Shown: positions 26,931-36,935, counted from the first letter of the stretch. The stretch is 64,000 bases of DNA from an uncultured Thermoleophilia bacterium (GCA_963829205.1 CAWHHT010000005.1:8082-72081), one strand, 5' to 3'. Numbers and translations are program-made. Notes: generated from the sequence alone by a model not told the origin.

Positions 26931-29900
26931 TTACGAGCAGTACTTGCCGTAGTCGCAGCGCAGGCAGCGCCGTGCCTCGGCGATGGCTGTCTGTGCGGCC
27001 CAGCTGAGCTCGACCTCGTCGAAGTTGGAGACGCGCTGACCCACCGGCAGCTCCTCGACCGCATGGCGGTCGACAAGCTCCGGGTCGGCGTCGGGATCGA
27101 ATGACACGGGCGGCTCGATGTCGCGGCGCCAGAAGGCGTGGTTGGCGCCGGTCAGGTACTCGTCCATGCCCGCCGCCGCGCGCTCGCCGGCGCCGATGGC
27201 CTCGACCACCGAAGACGGGCCGGTGGTGGCGTCGCCGCCGGCGAACACCCACTCGGTCGACGTCTTGCCCGTGTCGGGGTCGGCGGAGAAGTAGCCCCAG
27301 CGGTTGAGCTCGATGGGCGTGCCGTCCACGATCGCCGGCGCGTCCAGGGACTGGCCGATGGCGGCGATCACGGTGTCGGCCTCGACCACGAAGTCGGGGT
27401 TGTGGCCGGCCACGGGGCGGCGACGACCACTCTTGTCGTAGTCGCCGAGCGCCATCTCCTTGCAGCGCACGCCGGTGACCTTGCCGCTCGCGTCGCGGAC
27501 GATCTCCTCCGGGGCCACGAGGGTGAGGATCTCGATGCCCTCGAGGTCGGCGGCGTCGATCTCCTCGCCCCACGCCGGCATCTGCGCGCGCGTGCGGCGG
27601 TAGAGGATCTTGACCGACTCGGCGCCGAGGCGCAGGGCGGTGCGGGCGGCGTCGATGGCCGCGTTGCCGCCGCCGATGACGGCGACGTTCTTGCCCACCT
27701 CGCCGGTGCCGCTGCACGTTGTACTGCTTGAGGAAGGAGAGCCCGTCGTACACGCCGGGGCCGTCCTCGCCGGGCACGCCGATCTTCATGCCCTGCGGGG
27801 CGCCGACACCGACGAACACGGTCTCGTAGCCCTCGTCCTTGAGGCTCTGCAGGGTGAAGTCGCGGCCGAGCGCCTTGCCGTACTCGAACGTGACGCCCAT
27901 GGCCTCGATCATCTTGACTTCGCGCTCGAGCTCCGGCCGCGGCAGGCGGTAGGCCGGGATGGCCTGCACGAGCATGCCGCCGGCCTTGGGCTCGGCCTCG
28001 AACACGACCGGCTTGTAGCCGAGGCGCGCCAGGAAGTAGGCGGCCGAGAGGCCGGCCGGCCCGGAGCCGACGACGGCGACCTTGCGGGCGGCGTTCTCGG
28101 CGTTCTCCTGGATCTCGGGCAGCTGCGGGTCCTGCTCCTGCTCCACCATGAAGCGCTTGACGTGGCGGATGGCGAGGGCCCCGTCGAGGCCGGCGCGCAT
28201 GCACTTGCTCTCGCAGGGATGGAAGCAGACGCGGGCGCAGATGCTGGCCAGCGGGTTGCGCTCGCGGTGCAGCTTGAGGGCCTCGTCGTACCGCTGCTCG
28301 CCGACGAGGCTCACGAAGCCGGGGATGTTGACGCTCGCCGGGCACGCGTTGGAGCAGCGCGCCTTGAACAGCGTGGCGCAGACGCCGGCCTCGCAGTACT
28401 TGTCCTTGATGTGGGCCTCGTACTCGTGACGGAAGTGGCGGATCGTCGAGAGCACGGGGTTGGGGGCCGTCTGGCCGAGGCCGCAGAGTGCGGTCTGGCT
28501 GATGGACTCGCCGAGGGCGATGAGGCGTTCGATGTCGCCTTCCTCGCCCTCGCCCTTGCAGATGCGGTCGACGATCTCGAGCATGCGCTTGGTGCCGACG
28601 CGGCAGGGCGGGCACTTGCCGCAGCTCTCTTCCTGGGTGAACTCGAGGAAGAACCTGGCGATGTCGACCATGCAGGTGTCCTCGTCCATGACGATGACGC
28701 CGCCGGAGCCCATGATGGCGCCCAGTTCCTGCAGGGTGGCGTAGTCGACCGGGACGTTGAGGTGCTGCTTGGGGATGCAGCCGCCGGACGGTCCGCCGAG
28801 CTGCGCGGCCTTGAAGGCCTTGCCGCCCGGGATGCCGCCGCCGATCTCGTAGATGAGCTCGCCGAGCTGCATGCCGATCGGCACCTCGACGAGGCCGGTG
28901 TGCTGCACGTTGCCGCCGAGCGCGAACACCTTGGTGCCCTTGCTCTTCTCGGTGCCCGTGCTGGCGTACCACTCGGCGCCCTTGAGGATGATCGGGGCGA
29001 TGTTGGCGAAGGTCTCGACGTTGTTGAGCACGCTGGGCTTGCCCCAGAGGCCCGAGACCGCCGGGAACGGCGGGCGCGGGCGCGGCTCGCCGCGGTGGCC
29101 CTCGATCGACGTCATGAGGGCCGTCTCCTCGCCGCAGACGAAGGCGCCCGAGCCCATGCGGATCTCGAGGTCGAAGTCGAAGCCGCTGCCCATGATGTCC
29201 TTGCCGAGCAGGCCGTACTCGCGCGCCTGCCCGAGCGGCGTGCTCGAGGCGCTCGACCGCGAGCGGATACTCGGCGCGCACGTAGACGTAGCCCTGGTGC
29301 GCGCCGATCGCGAAGGCGCCGATGACCATGCCCTCGATGAGCGAGTGCGGGTCGCCTTCGAGCACCGAGCGGTCCATGAACGCGCCCGGGTCGCCTTCGT
29401 CGGCGTTGCAGAGGATGTACTTGGTCTCGTTGTCCTGCTGCTGCGCGAAGCGCCACTTCATCCCGGTGGGGAAGCCGGCGCCGCCGCGGCCGCGCAGGCC
29501 GCTGGCGAGGACCTCGTCGACGACCGCTTCGGGCGTCATCGCGGTGAGCACCTTGGCGAGCGCCTGGTAGCCCTCGCGGGCGATGTACTCGTCGATCTTG
29601 AGCGGGTCGATGATGCCGGAGTTGCGCAGCACGATCTTCACCTGACGGTTGAAGAACGGGATGTCGCTCATCTCGGCCTGCGTCTTCTCGGTGCCGGGCG
29701 CGTGGCTCACGAGGCGCTCGACGATGCGCCCCTTGAGGAGGTGCTCCTCGACGATCTCGGGGACGTCGGCGAGCTGGACCTTCTGGTAGAACACGCCGTC
29801 CGGGTAGACGAGGGCGACCGGGCCCTGGACGCACGGTCCGAGGCAGCCGGTCTCGATGACCTCGACTTCGTCGGCGAGGTCGCGCGCCTTGAGCTCGGCC

Positions 29901-29986
29901 CGGACGGCCTCGCTCAGCTCGAGCGCTCCGGAGGCGATGCACCCGCCGCCGGTGCAGATCAGGAAGTGCGTTCTCACATCAGCCAT
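26931..29986 (-). pseudogene. NuoF-like flavoprotein fused to a GltD/NADPH-oxidoreductase-like module (about 1018 aa if repaired); 2 frame breaks
   Basis: Thioredoxin-like 2Fe-2S N-domain (HFLICTGGGC...GCLGPC). NuoF core ([37 protein letters not shown]). GltD part (CSNACP...[51 protein letters not shown]). Breaks lie near 29235 and 27710. Confidence 0.8.
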
Positions 29987-30003
29987 AGTCGTGTCACTCG
30001 CTC

Positions 30004-30375
30004 TCAGGTCTTGATCAGGTAGGCGTCGACGGGAGTGCCGCCCACGAGGTGATTGCGGACGATGGTGTGCACCTTCTCCCGGTCGAGCAGGCCGTACCGG
30101 TAGATGGTCCCGTCGGCGAGCGTGACGGTGGCCATGGGCTCTTCCTCGCAGAGACCGGCGCAGCCGGTCTGATGCAGGCTCACCGAGGTCACGCCGGCGT
30201 CCGACATCTCGGTCATGAACGCGGCGACCACGTCGCGCGCGCCGGCGGCGATGCCGCAGGTGCCCATGTGGACGGTGACCTGGGACTCCTTGCGTCCCTG
30301 GCGCAGGTCGATGTCGGCCTTGGCCTTCTCGGCCATCGCCAGCAGCTGATCGGGGCTGGTGATCTTGTCGGCCAT
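30004..30375 (-). CDS. Thioredoxin-like [2Fe-2S] ferredoxin (HndB-like small subunit)
   Basis: MADKITSPDQL...VTVHMGTCGIAAGA...QTGCAGLCEEEP; intact. Confidence 0.7.
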   Translation of the reverse strand: MADKITSPDQLLAMAEKAKADIDLRQGRKESQVTVHMGTCGIAAGARDVVAAFMTEMSDAGVTSVSLHQTGCAGLCEEEPMATVTLADGTIYRYGLLDREKVHTIVRNHLVGGTPVDAYLIKT

Positions 30376-30376
30376 G

Positions 30377-30977
30377 TCAGGCGCTCCTCGGGCTGCCCGC
30401 GAATTGCTCCGCAGGCTGGTCAGCCGAACGCCGCTCACTGCGTCCGCTCGTTTCCGCGAGCACGGGCTCCTCGGCGTACTGCGCCAGGATCTCGTGCACG
30501 CGCTTGGGCTTGACGCGGTGGTGGACGTCGTCGTCCACGGTGATGACGGGCGCGAGGCCGCAGGCGCCGAAGCAGCGTGCGATCTCGAGCGAGAACAGCG
30601 CGGTCCTCGGTGGTGCCGCCGATGTCGATGCCGAGCTGCTTCTTGAAGGCGTCGAGCACCTGGACGCCGCCGCGCACGTAACAGGCGGTCCCCATGCAGA
30701 TGCGGATCAGGTGCTTGCCGCGCGGGACGGTCGTGAAGAACGAGTAGAAGCCGACCACGCCGGCGACCTCGCTGTAGGGCTTGCCCAGCTCTCGGGCGAT
30801 GTGCTTGAGGGCGACCTCAGGCAGGTACCCGAAGATGCCCTGGGCGAGCTGCAGCACCGGGATGAGCGCCCCGGGCTTGCCTCTGTACTCGGCGATCACC
30901 GCGTCGAGGCGCGCGAGGAGCTCTTCCTCCGTCGGTTCCTCGTCGCAGCACGTGCACGCCTTGACCTCTTCACTCAT
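30377..30977 (-). CDS. NuoE-like [2Fe-2S] subunit, copy 2; one frame break near 30600
   Basis: IPVLQLAQ...ICMGTACYVRG...GGTTEDR, then in another frame LFSLEIARCFGACGLAPVITVDDD. The repaired reading ends at a TGA 1 nt before the ATG of the next gene. Confidence 0.8.
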
Positions 30978-31029
30978 GCGCCTCTCCTTCGCTTGGTCCC
31001 ACTGCGATCCGCTTCGCAGAGAATGTCCT

Positions 31030-31525
31030 TCATGACAGCGCCTCCTGATAGGCGACGAGCTCGGCGAGGCGGCGCGGCAGCTCGCTGCCGCGCAGCTCGA
31101 GCCGCTCTCCGTCGTCGCTCAGGTGCACGACGAACTCGACCTCCGGGTTGGTCGCGACCATCGTGAGGATGCTGGTCGCGACGTCGCCGAACGGCGGACG
31201 ATCCACGTTCCCGAGGCTCATCCAGGCGCGCACGGCGACCCCGCCGAGCTCGTCGGAGACCCCCACGTCGAGGCCGCCTCCGGCGGCCTCGGCGGCCTGG
31301 CGGAACAGGCTCAGCCCCAGGCCGGTCTTCTTGCTCCTTCTTGGTCGTGAAGAACGGGTCCAGCGCCTCGTCGGGAGTGACGGGCAGGCCGGGACCGTCG
31401 TCTTCGACGGTGATCGTGAGCCTGTCGGCGGCGCGGTCGGCGGCGATGGTCACGGCCACCGCGCCGGCGCCCGCACGCAGCGAGTTCTCGAGCACGTCGA
31501 GCAGGTACAGCGAAAGGTCATGCAT
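31030..31525 (-). CDS. Stand-alone GHKL/HATPase_c ATP-binding protein of the hydrogenase regulatory cassette; one frame break near 31330
   Basis: LLDVLENSLRAGA...ITVEDDGPGL...DPFFTTKK, then in another frame KTGLGLSLFRQAAEAAGG... Confidence 0.65.
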
Positions 31526-32259
31526 CGGCGACGCTCCTGCCGTCTGCGCCGCGCAGGGCGAGGGCGAGCTCGGCGAAGCTCGGCGCCATCACGTTCAACG
31601 GGTGCGCACGGCGCCGATGTCGTCCGAGGTAGTGGCTGTCCGAGGAGTGCAGGATGGGCAGCCCGTGCCGGCGGAACGCGCTCCTCGGCCTCGGAGCCCG
31701 GCGCCACGTGGCGGCTGAGCTCGACGGCGTCGAAGCCGGCCTCGTGCGGGAAGAGGCCGAGCTGGCCGATGACGCCGAACGAGCGGCGGTCGATGTGCGC
31801 CGCGACGGCGAGGCCGCCGTGCCGGTGGACGAGGTCGACGACTTCGGAGATGGCGAGCGGCGTTGCCATGGCGAGCGCCGCGCGCTCTTCGCCGGCGCGG
31901 GTCCCGTCGGCGGCGAGCACGAGCTGCTCGCCGAAGAAGGCCGCGTAGCCGTCGTCGGCCGGAGGCAGCGCGGCCTCGAGCTCCGCGCCGGCGGCTTCGG
32001 CGGCCGCGGCGGCGGGGAAGAGGCCGACGACGTGGCACTCCTCGGCCGAGGTGATCTCCATGCCGGCGAGGACGGCGAGGCCGTCGCCGGCCGCCTCCTG
32101 CACGGCGGCGGCGTTGCGCGCGCTGTTGTGGTCGCAGACGGCGATCATGGCCAGTCCTTCAGCGATCGCCTTCGCGACGATCGCCGGCGGCGTCATCGCG
32201 TTGTCCGCGCAGGGCGAGAGCGCCGTGTGGATGTGCAGGTCTGCGGCGCAGACGTTCAC
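31518..32259 (-). pseudogene. PHP (polymerase/histidinol phosphatase) domain protein; at least 1 and probably 3 frame breaks in the 3' third
   Basis: ADLHIHTALSPCA...IAVCDHN...AAHIDR. After SEAEER the conserved tail FRRHGLPILHSSDSHYL..DDIGAVRTR..APSFAELALALRG is split over other frames. The repaired stop at 31518 overlaps the next ATG (ATGCATGA). Confidence 0.75.
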
Positions 32260-32609
32260 GCATGGTTCCCTTTCACGCCCAGCGCGTAGAGCCGGCCGAC
32301 GATGTCGAAGGTGTCGGCGGGCGACACGTACAGCGAGATGCCCTCGGCGGCGGCCTTGGCGAGCACGTCGTCCTCGGGGCGGCGGTTGCCGGCGAAGATG
32401 ACGGCGGCGAGCTCGGCGTGGCTGGCGACGGCGATGACGTTGAGGTGCACCTGCAGCGTGACGAGCACGCCGCCCTCGGGCGCGTGCGCGAGCACGTCGC
32501 TCAGGAGGTCGGAGGCGTAGCCGCGCGCGATCTCGGCGTCGCCGTTGCCGGCGACCTCGGGTGTGAGCTCGGACAAGCCGAGCTCGCGGGCGATCTCCTC
32601 GAGCTTCAT
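32256..32609 (-). CDS. DRTGG domain protein (copy 2), intact
   Basis: MKLEEIARELGL...GYASDLLSDVLAHA..GGVLVTLQVHLNVIAVA. Confidence 0.7.
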   Translation of the reverse strand: MKLEEIARELGLSELTPEVAGNGDAEIARGYASDLLSDVLAHAPEGGVLVTLQVHLNVIAVASHAELAAVIFAGNRRPEDDVLAKAAAEGISLYVSPADTFDIVGRLYALGVKGNHA

Positions 32610-32624
32610 GACGCGGTCCCCTCC

Positions 32625-34176
32625 TCAGGCTTCACGTACGGGCAGAGCGCGCGGGCCGGCGCGCCCCATGACGATGTCTTCGGCGAGCGCCGCGCAGGTG
32701 GGCGCGCCGCACACGCCGCAGTCCTTGCCGGGCAGCGCGGCAGTCTCGGCGTCGAGCTGCGCGAGCTTGCGGATGGCGACCGCCATGTCGGCGTCCAGGC
32801 GGATGCCCGGGCGGGCGCGGAACGGGCGGCTGCGCGCGAGACTGCGCCCACCGTCGCCTCCGTCGCCGGCCGAGGCCGCCCAGCGCCAGGAGGCCACGAA
32901 CGCGTCCTCGGCGAGGAGCGGCGAGCCGAAGCAGCCGCCGTCGCAGATGTAGGGCTCGACGGCGGCGACTCCGCCGAGCCGGCCGTCCTCGATCTCCTCG
33001 AGCACGGCGAGCACGTGCGAGACGCCGGTGACGACCAGCAGGTCGTCGGCGCCGGCCGCCTGCGGCCGCGGCGCCCCGCCGTCCGCGCGTCGGCCGCCGC
33101 GCCGCGAGGCGCGGCAGGAGCGCGTCGCGGACGAGCCGGACGGTGACCGTCTGGCGCTGCGCCGTCGGCTGCTGGCTGAGCAGCGCCGTGCGCTGGCTCG
33201 GGCACGAGACCGCGAACGTGGCGTCGCGCTCGCCGAGGTCGCGCTGGAGCGCCTCCCACGGGGAGGCGAGCGGCGCGAGGTGCGTGACGAGCGCCGGGAA
33301 CTTGAGCTCGATGAGGTTGACGACCGCCGGGCAGACCGGCGAGATCACCGGCGCCGGCCCATCGCCGGTCGCGGCTCGGTCGAGCACGTCGCGGCGCAGC
33401 GCGTCCTCGTACGGGATGCACGGAGACGACCTCGCGAGTAGCCGAGCGCGCGCAGCTCGTCGAGGACCGTGGCCGGCCGGGTGCTCGCCGAAGCCGGCGA
33501 GGAGCGCCGGCGGGACGGCGAGCACGCCGCCGTCGCCGTGGAGCTCGCCGGGCGCGTCCAGCATCGTGAGCGCGCGCGGCGCGCAGGCGGCGATGCAGCA
33601 GGTGCAGTCGATGCAGACGTGGTCCATCACCGACGGCCGCGCGTCGCGCACGCGCACGGCGGCCGTGGGGCAGGCGACCAGGCAGTGGCGGCAGTCGCGG
33701 CACAGCTCGGGGACCGTGCCCAGCGACGAGGGCCGCGCGCCCTGGTCGGCCGCTTCTGGCCGCAGCATCACGGAGAAGCTCACGCGCGTGCCTTCGCCGA
33801 CCGTGGACGTGACGCGGATGCGGTCGCTGTTGCGCTCGATGTTGGGCAGGCCCATGCCGGCGCCGAAGCCGAGCGCGCGCGCCTCCGCAGGAGGCGGTGG
33901 AGAAGCCCTCGTGCATCGCCCGCGGGATGTCCGGGATGCCCGGCCCGCGGTCGACGACGTCGACGTCGAGCTGGCCGTCGCTCACGGTGGCTTCGAGGCG
34001 ACCGCCGTCGGCGTGGATGACGACGTTCATCTCGGCCTCGTAGGCGGCGATCATGGCGCGGCGCACGGCGTCCGACTCCGCGCCGATCCGCTTGAGGTGC
34101 TGCTTGAGGTCGCGGGAGGCCGCGCCCGCGCCGTTGAAGTCACCGCTGCGGATGTCGTAGTCGAGGTGCTCCAGGG
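32625..34176 (-). pseudogene. RsbW-like serine kinase (HATPase_c) fused to a 2x4Fe-4S ferredoxin, a degenerate [FeFe]-hydrogenase-like domain and a C-terminal CGxCGxxTC Fe-S motif; at least 4 frame breaks
   Basis: LEHLDYDIRSGDFNGAGAAS...VVDRGPGIPD...GFSTAS. Then EARALGFGAGMGLPNIERNSD...CRDCRHCLVACP...CIDCTCCIAACAP. Then VLDELRALGYS. Then VISPVCPAVVNLIE...AVSCPSQ. Then VEPYICDGGCFGSP...DCGVCGAPTCAALAEDIV. Breaks lie near 33890, 33465, 33420 and 33090. The start codon is unclear. Confidence 0.65.
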
Positions 34177-34564
34177 TCAGTTGCGCGCGTCTCCGCCGAG
34201 GTGGGCGTAGATGAGGCCGCAGGTCTCGAAGACGCCGGCGGGGGAGACCAGCAGGAGCGTGCCGTTGGTCTGCGCGAGCTCCACGACCTCGGGCTCCGGC
34301 TCGACGCCGTTGACGAAGCAGATGCCGGGCACGTCCATGAGCTCGGCCACGCGCAGCATCTGGACGCTGGCGAGGTTGCTCACGAGCAGCGTCTTGTCCG
34401 ACGGCCTCGTTGAGGAGGTCGCTGACGCGGTCGCCGGCGTAGATGCGGGAGACCTCAGTGCCCCCGGGCCGGCCGGGGGTGATGACGCGGGCGCCGATGT
34501 TCTCGGCCAGATCCTCGAGCTTCATGTTCGACCTCGCCAGCAGGGATTCCAGTTTCTTGACCAT
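34177..34564 (-). CDS. DRTGG domain protein (copy 1); one frame break near 34400
   Basis: MKLEDLAENIGARVI...IYAGDRVSDLLNEA, then in another frame SDKTLLVSNLASVQMLRVAELMDVPGICFVNG. The start is 34564 or 34525. Confidence 0.65.
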
Positions 34565-35252
34565 GGGCTCGATCTCGCCCTCGTCTGCGCCCGGCCGCGT
34601 CGCGCCCGCCGAGGCGGGCGAAGAACGCGGCCGACTCGAGGGCCGCCGTGATGTCCATGTACTCGACGAAGATGTCGTTGGGGAGGTGGAGGGGCACGGG
34701 CGCGAAGCTGATGATGCTCTTCACGCCCGCGCGCACGAGCGTGTCGGCGGCGTCCTGGGCGGCGCCGCCCGGGACGGTGAGCACCGCGATCTCGATGCCG
34801 AGGTCGCGCACGAGCGTCTCCATGCGCGACGCATCGAAGCAGCGGCAGCCGTGCACGCTGTGCTCGGTGAGGTCGGGATCGATGTCGAAGGCGGCGACGA
34901 TGGCGACGGCGGCGGACTCGCCCGCGAAGTGCGCGAGGACCGCGCGCCCGAGGTTGCCGACGCCGACGAGGGCCACGTCCTGGCGGTCTGCCGCACCGAG
35001 GAAGCTGCTGATGCTCTCGATGCAGGCGCCGACGTCGTAGCCCCTGTTGGGGCTGCCGGAGTAGCCGATCACCATGAGGTCGCGGCGCACCTGGGCGGCG
35101 CTGACCACGGCGTGGCGCGCGAGCTGGTGGGAGTAGATGCTCTCGACGCCCTCGTCGTGCAACGAGGCCAGCAGCCGCCGGTAGCGGCTCATCCGAGCTA
35201 CGGTCTTGCGCGATACCACGTAGGTCCCATGCTCCCCGAAGATTCGACCCAC
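34455..35252 (-). CDS. rex: Redox-sensing transcriptional repressor Rex (3' end uncertain: R-rich tail overlaps the next gene)
   Basis: VSRKTVARMSRYRRLL (winged-helix), Rossmann VALVGVGNLGRAVL, ...AVLTVP...FAPVPL. The conserved core ends near 34605. A GTG start at 35252 is proposed. Confidence 0.8.
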   Translation of the reverse strand: MGRIFGEHGTYVVSRKTVARMSRYRRLLASLHDEGVESIYSHQLARHAVVSAAQVRRDLMVIGYSGSPNRGYDVGACIESISSFLGAADRQDVALVGVGNLGRAVLAHFAGESAAVAIVAAFDIDPDLTEHSVHGCRCFDASRMETLVRDLGIEIAVLTVPGGAAQDAADTLVRAGVKSIISFAPVPLHLPNDIFVEYMDITAALESAAFFARLGGRDAAGRRRGRDRAHGQETGIPAGEVEHEARGSGREHRRPRHHPRPARGH

Positions 35253-35273
35253 TACGTTCGTTACGGAACAAAC

Positions 35274-35293
35274 GCTGTGAAATCTGTCACGAT
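35274..35293 (-). promoter_or_regulatory. Candidate Rex operator in the rex leader
   Basis: gcTGTGAAATCTGTCACGAt. Half-sites are TGTGAA and GTCACG, compared with consensus TTGTGAA-N4-TTCACAA. It lies about 22 nt upstream of the proposed rex start. Confidence 0.45.
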
Positions 35294-35502
35294 TCTCCTC
35301 CCCCTGTGCGCTTCTGTCAACTTCCGTTCGAGTGGACAAGATGGACAAACGGCGAGCTCCAGAAGTGTCCTCCGTGTGTTGTCTTGGCGCGCTCCATCTG
35401 CGTCGCGGTTTGTTAGTATCCGCTCGAGCCATGGAGGGGAATCGCGTGCCTGACGCGTCCTCCCGTCCACATCGGAAAGTCGATCTGCTCTGGAGGTAGT
35501 CC

Positions 35503-36780
35503 ATGACGGACAGGCCCGCGTACATGAAGCACATGCCCCACTTCCTGGCGCCGGTGGCGCCGATCACCATCGACCACGCCGAGGGAAGCTGGGTCTACGA
35601 CACCGACGGCGGCAAGTGGCTCGACTTCGTGGTCGGCATCGCCGTCGTCAACACCGGCCATTGCCACCCCGCGGTCATCAAGGCCGTGCAGGAGCAGGCC
35701 GGCAAGGTCTCGCACGCGCAGATGAACATCTACCGTCACCAGCCGATCCTCGAGCTCAGCGAGAAGCTCGTCGAGATCCTGCCCGAGGGCATGGACCAGG
35801 TCATGTACGCCAACTCCGGCGCGGAAGCGGTGGAGAACGCGGTCAAGCTGGCCAAGCAGGTCACCCGCCGCCCCGGCGTGATCGCCTTCCACGGCGCGTT
35901 CCACGGCCGCACGCACCTCACGATGGCGCTCAACGACTCCGCCGTGCACTACCGCGGTCATCACGAGCCGCTCGTCGGCGGCATCTACCACGCGCGGTAC
36001 TGCTATCCGTACCGCACGCCGGCCAGCGAGGATCCCACCGAGTACGCGCTCGAGGACGTGCGCCGCGTGCTGAAGGCCGAGATCTACGGCGACGACGTCG
36101 CCGCGATCATCGTCGAGCCCATCCAGGGCGAGGGCGGCTTCATCGTGCCGACCAGCGAGTTCATGCACGGCCTGCGCGCCATCGCCGACGAGATCGGCGC
36201 CTGCCTGATCATCGACGAGATCCAGGCCGGCATGGGTCGCACCGGCAAGTGGTTCGGCCACGAGCACTTCGGCGTCAAGCCGGACATCCTCACGATCGCC
36301 AAGGGCATCGCCTCCGGCTATCCGCTGGCCGCCATCGCCGCCAACCACGAGTTGTGGGACAAGTGCCTGCCGGGCTCGATGGGCGGCACCTACGGCGGCA
36401 ACGGCGTCGCCTGCGCCGCCGGCGTCGCGACCATCGACGCGATGCGCGACGAGGGCATGCTCGCCAACGCCGCGAGGCAGGGCGAGAAGCTCAGGAAGTT
36501 CTTCACCGACCTGCAGGCCAAGTACCCCGCCATCGGCGAGGTCCGCGGCCTGGGCCTCATGTCGGCCATCGAGTGCGTCGAGCCGGGCGGCAAGACCCCC
36601 AACGCTGCCGCCGCCAAGGCCTTCATGGCCGAGTGCATCAAGCGCAACCTCATCATCATGGGTACCGGCGGCGCCCTGGGCAACGGCGTGCGTTTCCTGC
36701 CGCCGCTCAACATCAGCGACGCCGACATGGACGTGGCGTTCGGCATCTTCACCGAGGCCGCCAAGGTCGCCTTCGCCTGA
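35503..36780 (+). CDS. Class III pyridoxal-phosphate aminotransferase (4-aminobutyrate/ornithine aminotransferase-like)
   Basis: GIAVVNTGHCHP, LIIDEIQAGMGRTGKWF, TIAKGIASG (PLP lysine region); 425 aa. Confidence 0.85.
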   Translation: MTDRPAYMKHMPHFLAPVAPITIDHAEGSWVYDTDGGKWLDFVVGIAVVNTGHCHPAVIKAVQEQAGKVSHAQMNIYRHQPILELSEKLVEILPEGMDQVMYANSGAEAVENAVKLAKQVTRRPGVIAFHGAFHGRTHLTMALNDSAVHYRGHHEPLVGGIYHARYCYPYRTPASEDPTEYALEDVRRVLKAEIYGDDVAAIIVEPIQGEGGFIVPTSEFMHGLRAIADEIGACLIIDEIQAGMGRTGKWFGHEHFGVKPDILTIAKGIASGYPLAAIAANHELWDKCLPGSMGGTYGGNGVACAAGVATIDAMRDEGMLANAARQGEKLRKFFTDLQAKYPAIGEVRGLGLMSAIECVEPGGKTPNAAAAKAFMAECIKRNLIIMGTGGALGNGVRFLPPLNISDADMDVAFGIFTEAAKVAFA

Positions 36781-36814
36781 TCGCACAGGCGAGACTCACG
36801 ACGCAGTCCCCGGC

Positions 36815-36840
36815 GGGCGGGGCGCCTCGGCGCCCCGCCC
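36815..36840 (+). terminator. 12-bp GC palindrome/hairpin after the aminotransferase gene
   Basis: GGGCGGGGCGCC-TC-GGCGCCCCGCCC read directly. Confidence 0.4.
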
Positions 36841-36935
36841 ACCGTCGTCTTCAGCCGGCCTGCTCGCCCGGGCGGGGCTGCCCGCGGCCGGCCGCGGGTT
36901 CGGGCCGCGCTCGTGCGCGTGCTACACTTTTTGCG

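Noticed and set aside
22498-34605. Programmed ribosomal frameshifting or other recoding as the explanation for the split hydrogenase genes
   Set aside because: There are too many junctions (at least 16) in both directions. They lack shared slippery heptamers or downstream structures, and several form closely spaced compensating pairs. Indels, real or artefactual, are the simpler explanation.
10940-35300. A hydE gene hidden in an alternative frame of the hydrogenase supercluster
   Set aside because: The only radical SAM CxxxCxxC motif seen in a credible frame belongs to hydG. No second roughly 350-aa radical SAM ORF is present, so hydE is presumably elsewhere in the genome.
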